Assembly (NCBI GenBank): GCA_049606355.1
Contig: JBMYVL010000001.1
Span: 106,871 to 138,870 of the forward strand
DNA from: Opitutales bacterium
GTDB lineage: Bacteria; Verrucomicrobiota; Verrucomicrobiia; Opitutales; Coraliomargaritaceae
Direction of reading: 5' to 3'
DNA: 32,000 nucleotides
Positions 1-8,300 of the stretch are shown here, piece by piece. A model generated the notes under the pieces. It had not been told where the DNA came from, made no database searches, and saw only the letters and a program-made list of their open reading frames with translations. Every line of letters begins with the position of its first letter. Positions within the stretch are counted from its first letter, which is position 1. Both the position numbers and the translations under genes were made by a program.

Positions 1-17
1 CATCGCACCAAGCAACC

Positions 18-2333
18 ATGTCCGACTCCCTCCATTCGCAGACCCTCACCGGCGTGCTCGAGCGCATTATCTTTTTCAACGAAGAAAATGCCTACTGTGT
101 CGCTGAAATAGCCGTGGCCGAGGGCAAACAACCGATCACGGTCTTAGGGAATCTGCCTGGAGTGAACTGCGGTGAGACGCTGCAGTTGAGTGGGCAATGG
201 ACGCGCCACCCCAGCCACGGTGACCAATTCAAAATCACGCAGTTCAAATCGCAGTTACCCGCTTCGATTCACGGCATCCGTAAATACCTCGGTAGCGGCA
301 TGGTACACGGCATTGGCAAATCCTACGCCAAAAAAATCGTCGACCACTTCGGTGCCGATACCCTGCGAGTGATCAGCGAAGATTCTGGGCGCCTACACGA
401 GGTCCCCGGCATCGGTAAAACACGGGCGAAATCGATCAAAGCAGCCTGGGAAGCACAAGTTGCCGTACGCGATGTGATGGTCTTCCTGCAGACTTACGGT
501 GTCACACCGGCACAATGTGTACGCTTGGTTAAAAAATATGGCAGCGGCGCGAAACGAATTTTACAGGACGAGCCCTACCGCCTCGCCGAAGACATCGAGC
601 GCATCGGCTTTAAAACCGCAGATAAATTGGCACTCAATCTAGGCTTTCCAACCAACTGCAAGGAGCGCGTCGATGCTGGCTTGCTTTACACCATGCAAAC
701 ACTTGAAGACGCAGGGCATACGCTCGGTACACAGCAGGCGCTGGTCGAGCAGGCGCTCAGTCTGCTGGGCGTTGATGCGGCACTGATTCAACAGCGCATC
801 CGTGCGCTGCTAGAGCAAGGTAAACTGTTCGGTATCGAGGCCTTTACTCCCAAACAGGAATCCCTCGGCCCCGCCTGCCAACGTCCGCCGCTCGCTGGCG
901 CCGAGAAGCGTATCGCCACCGCACTACAGCGCATCGATACCACCGATTCCGCGATACCCCCAATCAAGATCGATGCTGCGGTAGCATGGGCTCAGGATAA
1001 AGCCGGTTTTACTTTTGCAGCGCAACAGGCGGCTGCTCTGAAACAAGCGCTCCAAGCGAAGGTCGCGGTCATTACCGGTGGGCCCGGCACGGGGAAGACC
1101 ACGATTTTACGCGCCATCGTTGATATCGCCCGCGCTAAACGTGCTCGCGTACAACTCGCCTCCCCTACGGGTCGAGCGGCGCAGCGCTTGGCTGAGGCGG
1201 CAGGAGCACCTGCCAGTACCATCCATCGACTTCTTAAATATGACGGTGCATCACGTAGCTTCGTCTACAATGCCGAAAATCCATTGCCCTGCGATCTCCT
1301 CATTGTTGATGAAGCCAGTATGCTGGATACCCGCCTCGCGGCCAATTTGTTCGACGCGGTCCCCAGCGCTGCACATCTCATCCTGGTCGGCGATGCGGAT
1401 CAGTTACCTTCCGTCGGCGCTGGCAATGTCCTTGGCGATTTGATGGCGGCGCCTCCCGCACAAGTGACGCGCCTGGATACGATCTTTCGCCAAGGAGAAA
1501 CCAGCGGGATCATCACCACTGCCCACGCTATCCTCAACGGCGAAACACACCCCGGCAAAACCAGTACCAGCTTACGCGCCCTCGATCCCAATCAAGACTT
1601 TACTTTTATTGAAGCCGAAGACGCCGATCAATGTGCGCAGGCTGTCTCCTATCTTGCCCGCGAGTACCTACCTAAAGCTCACGGCATCGATCCCATTAAG
1701 GATCTGCAAATACTGTCGCCGATGCACCGCGGGCTGGCAGGGATCGCCGCGCTCAATGCGGCCCTACAAGACAGTCTCAACCATACAGTGAAGGCGCAGT
1801 CACGACTACGCTCCGACCCCGACTATACCCCCGCCCGCCAAAGCCATTTCCGCGAAAAGACCGGCAAACCCCTCCCATCCGAACTCGCCTATGGCGCCAC
1901 CACTTTCCGTATCGGCGACAAGGTCATCCAAACCCGCAACAATTACGACAAAGCGATTTTTAACGGCGATACGGGCATCATACAGGGCATTAGCCCAGAC
2001 CGATCGGGGCTTACCGTTGATTTTGCCGGCGAAGCAGTTGAATTCACCAAAGGAGAGCTGGGTGAATTGCAGCTCGCCTACGCGATCAGTATCCACAAAA
2101 GCCAAGGGAGTGAGTATCCGATCGTCATCATTCCATTGCTCAAGCAGCACTACATGATGCTGCAGCGCAACTTAGTCTACACAGGGATTACCCGCGCCCG
2201 CAGAAAAGTCTATCTGGTCGGATCGGTCGATGCTTACGCCATGGCCATTAATAATCATAAGACCGAAGTGCGTCGCACCCACCTGCCCGCTCGCCTGAGA
2301 CAGGCGATGTCCAGCGAAGCGAAAAACGACTAA
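18..2333 (+). CDS. recD2: RecD2-type SF1 ATP-dependent DNA helicase
   Basis: 771-aa ORF with an ATG start. SF1 helicase motifs are present: GGPGTGKTT (Walker A), LIVDEASM (Walker B), LVGDADQLPSVGAGN, SIHKSQGSEYP and VYTGITRARRKV. The N-terminal helix-hairpin-helix-like repeats (GIGKSYAKKIVDHFG, GIGKTRAKSI) are typical of stand-alone RecD2 rather than RecBCD-type RecD. Confidence 0.9.
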   Translation: MSDSLHSQTLTGVLERIIFFNEENAYCVAEIAVAEGKQPITVLGNLPGVNCGETLQLSGQWTRHPSHGDQFKITQFKSQLPASIHGIRKYLGSGMVHGIGKSYAKKIVDHFGADTLRVISEDSGRLHEVPGIGKTRAKSIKAAWEAQVAVRDVMVFLQTYGVTPAQCVRLVKKYGSGAKRILQDEPYRLAEDIERIGFKTADKLALNLGFPTNCKERVDAGLLYTMQTLEDAGHTLGTQQALVEQALSLLGVDAALIQQRIRALLEQGKLFGIEAFTPKQESLGPACQRPPLAGAEKRIATALQRIDTTDSAIPPIKIDAAVAWAQDKAGFTFAAQQAAALKQALQAKVAVITGGPGTGKTTILRAIVDIARAKRARVQLASPTGRAAQRLAEAAGAPASTIHRLLKYDGASRSFVYNAENPLPCDLLIVDEASMLDTRLAANLFDAVPSAAHLILVGDADQLPSVGAGNVLGDLMAAPPAQVTRLDTIFRQGETSGIITTAHAILNGETHPGKTSTSLRALDPNQDFTFIEAEDADQCAQAVSYLAREYLPKAHGIDPIKDLQILSPMHRGLAGIAALNAALQDSLNHTVKAQSRLRSDPDYTPARQSHFREKTGKPLPSELAYGATTFRIGDKVIQTRNNYDKAIFNGDTGIIQGISPDRSGLTVDFAGEAVEFTKGELGELQLAYAISIHKSQGSEYPIVIIPLLKQHYMMLQRNLVYTGITRARRKVYLVGSVDAYAMAINNHKTEVRRTHLPARLRQAMSSEAKND

Positions 2334-2381
2334 TTGGTAAGTTCCGCAGCGTCCCTGCTATTGTTTGGCAGGACAACCACC

Positions 2382-3917
2382 GTGAACTTACGCCTCATTT
2401 TTGGAGATCAACTGTCGACACAGTTATCCAGCCTCAGCGACCTCGACCCACAGGAGGATTGCTTGTGCCTGTTTGAAGTGCGCCACGAGGCCACTCAAAT
2501 CAAACATCATAAAAAGAAAATCGCGTTTCTGTTTGCGGCCATGCGACATTTTGCCGCCGAGCTTCGTGAACGCGGCTACCATGTTCATTATAGCCGATTG
2601 GATGACCCCGAAAATACCGGTACTTTTTTCGGTGAGCTACAGCGTCTGGTCCAACAGCTCAAACCGGATAAAATAATCCTCACGGCACCCAGTGAGTTCC
2701 GCATTGAACAAGAGGTGAGCACTTGGTCGAAGCGTCTTGGTATAAGCATCGAGCAGCGTGAAGATACACGCTTCCTGGCCACTCGAACTGCCTTCCGAGA
2801 CTGGGCGGCAAACCGCAAACAGTTGCGCATGGAGTTCTTCTACCGAGAAATGCGCCGCACACATGCGATCTTAATGGATGGCGAGCATCCCGTCGGCAAT
2901 CAGTGGAATTTCGATAGTGAAAACCGCAAGCGCCCGCCAGCGGATCATATTAACCCTCAAACCTACACCGCGACTCCGGATGCAATCACCTGCGAAGTGC
3001 TGGATCTGGTCGAACGCGAGTTTGGCGATCACTTCGGCGACCTGCACCCGTTTCATTTCGCAGTCACACGCACCGAGGCATTACAAGCTTTTGAGCAATT
3101 TATCGACAAGCGCCTCCGCCACTTCGGTGACTACCAGGATGCGATGCTGACCGCTGATCCGTGGATGTACCACAGCCATATTGGACATTACCTAAACTGC
3201 GGACTATTACTGCCTTTGGAGTGCCTTCATAAAGTAGAGCAGGCCTACCGTAGCGGTAACGTGCCCCTCAATGCCGCGGAGGGCTTCATTCGGCAGATCC
3301 TCGGCTGGCGTGAATTTGTGCGTGGGATTTACTGGCTACACATGCCCGACTATGCGGACTGCAATGCGCTTCAGGCGAAGCGTCCGCTGCCTGCAGTCTA
3401 TTGGGCAGCACCCACACAGATGAACTGCCTGCACCAGTGTGTGCGCAGCACCGAGCAACATGCCTACGCACACCACATCCAACGGCTTATGGTCTTGGGT
3501 AACTTTGCCTTGCTGGCAGGACTCAATCCAAGAGAAGTCAACGAGTGGTACTGGATTGTATATGCGGATGCGTATGAGTGGGTCGAACTGCCCAACGTTA
3601 GCGGCATGGTGCTCTTTGCTGATGGCGGGCGGTTGGCCTCGAAACCTTACGCTGCGAGCGGTGCTTACATCAATAAAATGTCCGACTACTGTAAAGCTTG
3701 CCGCTATAAGGTAAGTAAAAAAAATGGACCGGATGCCTGCCCCTTTAATTACCTCTACTGGGATTTCCTCATCCGCAACCGTGAGCAACTGGGGCGCAAC
3801 CCTCGGCTCGGCATGCCGTATCGTACTCTGGATAAAATGACTACCGAAAAGATCGCTGCCATTCAGAGCGATGCCACGCGATTCTTGACTGCGCTGGATG
3901 CAGGTGATCCCGTATAA
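2382..3917 (+). CDS. phrB: FeS-cluster cryptochrome/photolyase family protein (FeS-BCP/CryPro, PhrB/CryB-like, probable (6-4) photolyase)
   Basis: Recognised by eye as the COG3046 photolyase-related family from LRLIFGDQLS, HHKKKIAFLFAAMRHFA and HIQRLMVLGNF. Cys spacing C-x2-C-x12-C (YCKACRYKVSKKNGPDAC) plus an upstream Cys (MNCLHQC) matches the [4Fe-4S] ligand pattern of PhrB-type enzymes. The ORF opens at TTG 2334 directly after the recD2 stop. GTG 2382 (VNLRLIF...) gives the family-typical N-terminus, so the start is uncertain by 48 nt. Confidence 0.85.
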   Translation: MNLRLIFGDQLSTQLSSLSDLDPQEDCLCLFEVRHEATQIKHHKKKIAFLFAAMRHFAAELRERGYHVHYSRLDDPENTGTFFGELQRLVQQLKPDKIILTAPSEFRIEQEVSTWSKRLGISIEQREDTRFLATRTAFRDWAANRKQLRMEFFYREMRRTHAILMDGEHPVGNQWNFDSENRKRPPADHINPQTYTATPDAITCEVLDLVEREFGDHFGDLHPFHFAVTRTEALQAFEQFIDKRLRHFGDYQDAMLTADPWMYHSHIGHYLNCGLLLPLECLHKVEQAYRSGNVPLNAAEGFIRQILGWREFVRGIYWLHMPDYADCNALQAKRPLPAVYWAAPTQMNCLHQCVRSTEQHAYAHHIQRLMVLGNFALLAGLNPREVNEWYWIVYADAYEWVELPNVSGMVLFADGGRLASKPYAASGAYINKMSDYCKACRYKVSKKNGPDACPFNYLYWDFLIRNREQLGRNPRLGMPYRTLDKMTTEKIAAIQSDATRFLTALDAGDPV

Positions 3918-3933
3918 CTTGAGTCGGTCAACA

Positions 3934-4680
3934 ATGTCGCCCAAACCAACTCTGGAGCAGCGCCTCGCTGCCACTCGCCGCCCAAATAATCGTAGCGTGA
4001 TCATGCGCCAGCAGTGGCACTCATTGCTGTATCTCCACTGGGCGGTTGATCCGGCACTCTTGACTTCCCGACTGCCGGCGGGCCTATCCATCGATACTTT
4101 TGACGGTCGCGCTTATCTTGGCATCGTACCCTTTTATATGCATGGCTTACGCCCACGCTTCGGACCTCCTGCACCAGGCATCTCCTATTTTCCTGAACTC
4201 AACCTACGTACTTATGTCTACGATACAAAAGGCCGTCCGGGTGTCTGGTTTTTCTCCCTCGATGCCGATAGTCGCCTATCAGTATGCATCGCACGCCGTG
4301 CCTTTAGCCTCAATTACCACTATGCACGCATGCGCTACCGACGCAGCAACTCGGGTCATGTGAGGCTAACTTGCCAAAGACCGAACCAAGCGGAGCAGCG
4401 CTACGCCTATCGAGCCAGGCAATCGATCGGCCCGGCACAACCCGGCTCACTGGCTTTCTTTCTCACTGAGCGCTACTATCTCTTCGCGCAGACGAAGCAC
4501 GGCGACTTACGCATCGGCCAAATCTACCATACGCCGCATCACTTGTTTGATACAGATATCAGCACCTACAGCAAAGCGCTCTTCAAATTGAATGGTTTTA
4601 CGGAGCCGAAAGATGACTATACGCATGCCATCCTAAGTCCACAGGTCGACGTATCGATTTATTCACTACAAAAAATATAA
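3934..4680 (+). CDS. DUF2071 (YqjF) family protein, function unknown
   Basis: Family-typical blocks are WHSLLYLHWAVDPALL, LPAGLSIDTFDGRAYLGIVPFYM, FPELNLRTYV and PGVWFFSLDADSRLSVCIARRAFSLNYHYARM. ATG 3934 lies 16 nt after the photolyase stop. The track ORF opens earlier (3898) but would overlap the photolyase. Confidence 0.85.
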   Translation: MSPKPTLEQRLAATRRPNNRSVIMRQQWHSLLYLHWAVDPALLTSRLPAGLSIDTFDGRAYLGIVPFYMHGLRPRFGPPAPGISYFPELNLRTYVYDTKGRPGVWFFSLDADSRLSVCIARRAFSLNYHYARMRYRRSNSGHVRLTCQRPNQAEQRYAYRARQSIGPAQPGSLAFFLTERYYLFAQTKHGDLRIGQIYHTPHHLFDTDISTYSKALFKLNGFTEPKDDYTHAILSPQVDVSIYSLQKI

Positions 4681-4681
4681 G

Positions 4682-5248
4682 ATGCCGCATCGCTACATCT
4701 CTTGCTGGACTGACACGTTCCCGAAGATCGGCATCGATCTCGGTTACAGTGCGCAACAGCCCTCTTGTGGATTGGCTTTCGAGAACGGCACCGAGGCAAT
4801 CGCTTTGAAATTCGGCGACTGCCTGAACGCAGTCACCGAACAAATCAGTAAAAATGGCCCACACCACCTCATCGTGGAAGCGGTTCTCTCGACTTACCAT
4901 CGTCCTGACGGCAACCCCGACCTACGCGGCACATTTGAAAAAGGGCGTGGCTGGTATCACGGCCCCGGTGTGAGTACCTACGCGGCAGCATTGCGCTTCC
5001 TGACGGTGCTTGATGAGCAACTTCCTCCAGCAGTACAATTACCCCTAACAGAGGGATTCTTAAGCTATAAGCCAGCACGTACAACTCACATTGAAGATGC
5101 CCAGCGACTCATCAAAGAGTACGGCAACGCCGAGTGCTTCAGCCCACGTGAAGGCAGTACTCCGATTTGTGCAGCGATCCACACACCGCCTGAAATTCGT
5201 CGCTATAACTCACCCCGACGTCCGCAACGAAACGCTGACACGACTTGA
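4682..5248 (+). CDS. hypothetical protein, predicted RNase H-fold / RuvC-like nuclease (motif-level call only)
   Basis: 188-aa ORF whose ATG lies 1 nt after the DUF2071 stop (TAAgATG). Three motifs appear in RuvC-like order and spacing: KIGIDLGYS (Asp19), HHLIVEAVLS (Glu66) and THIEDAQRL (His136-x2-Asp139-Ala). Coding status is fairly secure from tight packing in the operon; the nuclease assignment is inference. Confidence 0.55.
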   Translation: MPHRYISCWTDTFPKIGIDLGYSAQQPSCGLAFENGTEAIALKFGDCLNAVTEQISKNGPHHLIVEAVLSTYHRPDGNPDLRGTFEKGRGWYHGPGVSTYAAALRFLTVLDEQLPPAVQLPLTEGFLSYKPARTTHIEDAQRLIKEYGNAECFSPREGSTPICAAIHTPPEIRRYNSPRRPQRNADTT

Positions 5249-5305
5249 GTCACCCACCATATAGCATCAACTTGCTTAATGTGACTGCTTTAGTTTCCCA
5301 CAACC

Positions 5306-8300
5306 GTGCGACATAGAAAAAATTCAATACGCCTGCGTGGCATCCGCCAGAATAACCTCAAAGGCTTCGACTTGGACGTGCCCCTTGGGAAACTGACGGT
5401 CGTCACTGGACTGAGCGGCGCAGGCAAGTCCTCACTCGTTTTTGAGACCCTGCACGCAGAAGGGCAACGTCGCTACGTAGAGACCTTCTCCCCTTACACG
5501 CGGCAGTTTATGGAACTACTGGATCGACCTAAAGTCGACAGTGTAGAGAACATCCCCCCCTCTATTGCGATCCAACAATCGAATACCGTTAAGACCTCAC
5601 GCTCAACCGTCGGCACCATTACCGAACTGTGTGACTACTTTAAGGTCTGGTTCGCACATACCGCGACACTGTATGATCCGGACACGGGGGACGCGATCGA
5701 TAATGAATCGCCGCAAAGTGTTTGGCCGAAACTCCTCAAAGCATACAAAGGGAAATCCATTCTCATCTGCTTCGCAGTAAGCAAGCCCGAGCAGCTAACA
5801 TGGGGCGATATTTTACGGTCGCTAAAAAGTCAGGGTTACACGCGCGTGGTGTGTCGGTCGAGCCCAAGTAATCCTCCCAACATGCAGCGTATCGATGCAC
5901 GACTCATCGAAAAACTGGAACAGCAGGATTCCGTAAGCAGCTTACTTGTCATCCAAGATCGCATTGCTCAAATAGCGAGTTCAGTCCGCACACGTTGTAT
6001 AGAGGCGCTGACACAAGCTTTTCGATTTGGAAACGGAAGTATCCGTATACTCAATACAGAATTTAAAGTAATTGAATCCTTCACTGAGGGTCTTACTTCA
6101 ACCAAATCAGGTCGCAGCTTTCGCGCACCCACACCGACTTTATTTTCATTCAACTCTCCCATCGGCGCCTGCTCTCAATGCCGTGGCTTTGGCCGTGTGA
6201 TCGAGATCGACGATCGCCTAGTGGTACCAGATCGTCATCTGTCTATTGACGATGGCGCCATCCGTGCGTTTCACGGAAGTGTCTATAGCGAAAGTTTGCA
6301 CGACTTACAACGAGCTGCAGCCAAGCACCAAATCCGTACCAACATTCCTTGGTCTGATCTCAGCGCCAAAGAACAGGCCTTCGTCATGCAGGGCGAACCG
6401 AACTACCAAGAAGGGAGCAATCAATGGTACGGTGTGCGACGCTTCTTCAATTGGCTGGAGAGCAAGGTGTATCGAATGCACGTACGCGTATTTCTCTCCA
6501 AATTCCGGAGCTACAACACCTGCCCTGCCTGCCGTGGCGCACGTCTACAACCCGAATCGCTATACTGGAGATGGCAAGGGTATACACTTCCTGAACTCTA
6601 CCGTATGAGTGTTAGTGAGCTTGCCTCATTACTGCAGAAACAATACCAACCAAATGCTACAACGAAGCTTCCCACTGAGCCAGATGCAGCTCTTCATGGA
6701 ATCATTAATCGACTGTCTTTCCTCAAGGATGTAGGGCTTGGTTACTTAAGTTTGGATCGCAGCTCACGCACACTTTCCGGCGGTGAAACCATGCGGGTTA
6801 ATTTAACTGCCTGCCTCGGCTCTGCACTGGTAGACACGCTGTTTGTCCTCGATGAGCCCTCGGTGGGATTGCACGCTCGGGACATCAACCAACTAGTTCA
6901 AATCCTTCGACGTTTATCTGACATGGGTAACACTGTCGTCGTTGTTGAACACGATGAGGAAGTGATGCGCGCAGCTGACAATCTGATCGAGATTGGACCC
7001 AAACCAGGAATTAACGGCGGGCAACTTTGCTATCAAGGCAACTACCAGCGTATCCTCGATTCGGATACAGTAACTGGGCGTTACCTCTCCGGAAAGGAGA
7101 CGATCCCTGTGCCGACTCAACGCCGCCCCTCGTGCACGAACCCTAAAGACTTCTCGCTTAGTGTATATGGAGCGGAAAAATATAATATAGACGACCTTAC
7201 GGTTCATATACCACTCCAGCGTTTAGTCTGCTTAAGTGGCGTGTCCGGATCCGGGAAAAGTACGCTGCTCAACCAAGTAATTTACCAAAACCTACTCGCC
7301 CGCAAAGGGCTGAGTGTTGAAGACCCGGCAAACATTAAAGACATTGAATCCAGTCTTCCCATCTCTGAAGTGGTGTTGGTCGACCAAAGTCCTGTAAGTA
7401 AGACACCACGCTCAAATCCTGCCAGTTACTGTAAGGCATGGGATGAGATTCGTAAGTCCTTCGCAAAACTCGATGCCGCCCAGTCTGCAGGCATGGTCCC
7501 CGGAGATTTTTCATTCAATAGCGGCGACGGTCGCTGCCCAACTTGCTCTGGCTTAGGCTATGAACGGGTCGAAATGCAATTCGTATCCGACTTATTTGTG
7601 CCCTGTGAAGACTGTGCAGGCAAACGCTTCAGAGCCGAAGTCCTCGAGATTGAATACCGGGAGCATAGCATTGCCGACATCCTCGAGATGGACATCAGCG
7701 ATGCGCTGCTGTTGTTCCAGGATGAGCCAAAGATTCTCCAAGCGCTACAACCCCTGATCGAGGTCGGCCTCGGCTACCTCAAGCTCGGGCAACCGCTTAA
7801 CACTTTGTCCGGCGGGGAGTCGCAGCGACTCAAACTCATCCGCTATCTGGGCAAAGTAAAGAGTTCCCCTGCACGCACACAAACGACCGCTGGTGCGGCA
7901 CACGCCTTGATCCTAATTGATGAGCCCACCACCGGGCTTCATCGCGCCGACGTGAAGCGCCTCATCGCCGTATTGCAAGGCTTGGTCGACGTCGGTCATT
8001 CCCTGATCGTTATCGAACACAACCTCGATCTATTAAAAGTTTCAGATTGGATTATAGAGATGGGCCCGGAAGCGGGTAGCAAAGGTGGCCACATCGTTGC
8101 TGAAGGCCCCCCTGAGTCGATCGCACAAAGCGACTGTGCCACAGCTGCGCATTTAAAGGCCGCACTGCAGGCGAAAGCGTCGAGTGAATTGTGCCCTGCC
8201 CTTGGAGTCGCTGCACCTGAGCCACAGCATGGCAGGGTAGCGAACGTGAGTGACCAGCTGTGTATACGCGGAGCGCGTGAACACAACTTACAGAATATTA

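Noticed and set aside
3336-4091. A 251-aa ORF on the minus strand spanning the photolyase 3' end and the DUF2071 5' end.
   Set aside because: It is fully antisense to two genes with strong family signatures. Its sequence is Arg/Cys/Gly-rich with no recognisable motif or domain pattern. This is the typical shadow ORF of mid/high-GC coding DNA.
5248-5286. An inverted repeat AGTCAC...(27 nt)...GTGACT in the 57-nt gap upstream of the UvrA fusion, considered as an SOS/LexA-type operator.
   Set aside because: The arms are only 6 bp with a long spacer. It resembles neither CTGT-N8-ACAG nor the TGTTC-N4-GAACA-type LexA boxes I know of. Evidence is insufficient.
7762-7787. A near-identical ~26-nt stretch, GGTCGGCCTCGG(C/T)TACCTC(A/G)AGCTCG, repeated at 7762 and 9472 inside the UvrA fusion.
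   Set aside because: Both copies encode the conserved VGLGYL(K/E)L block that precedes the ABC signature, and they lie in non-equivalent NBDs. Identical amino acids plus codon bias explain the match, so it is not a mobile repeat or evidence of recent gene conversion.
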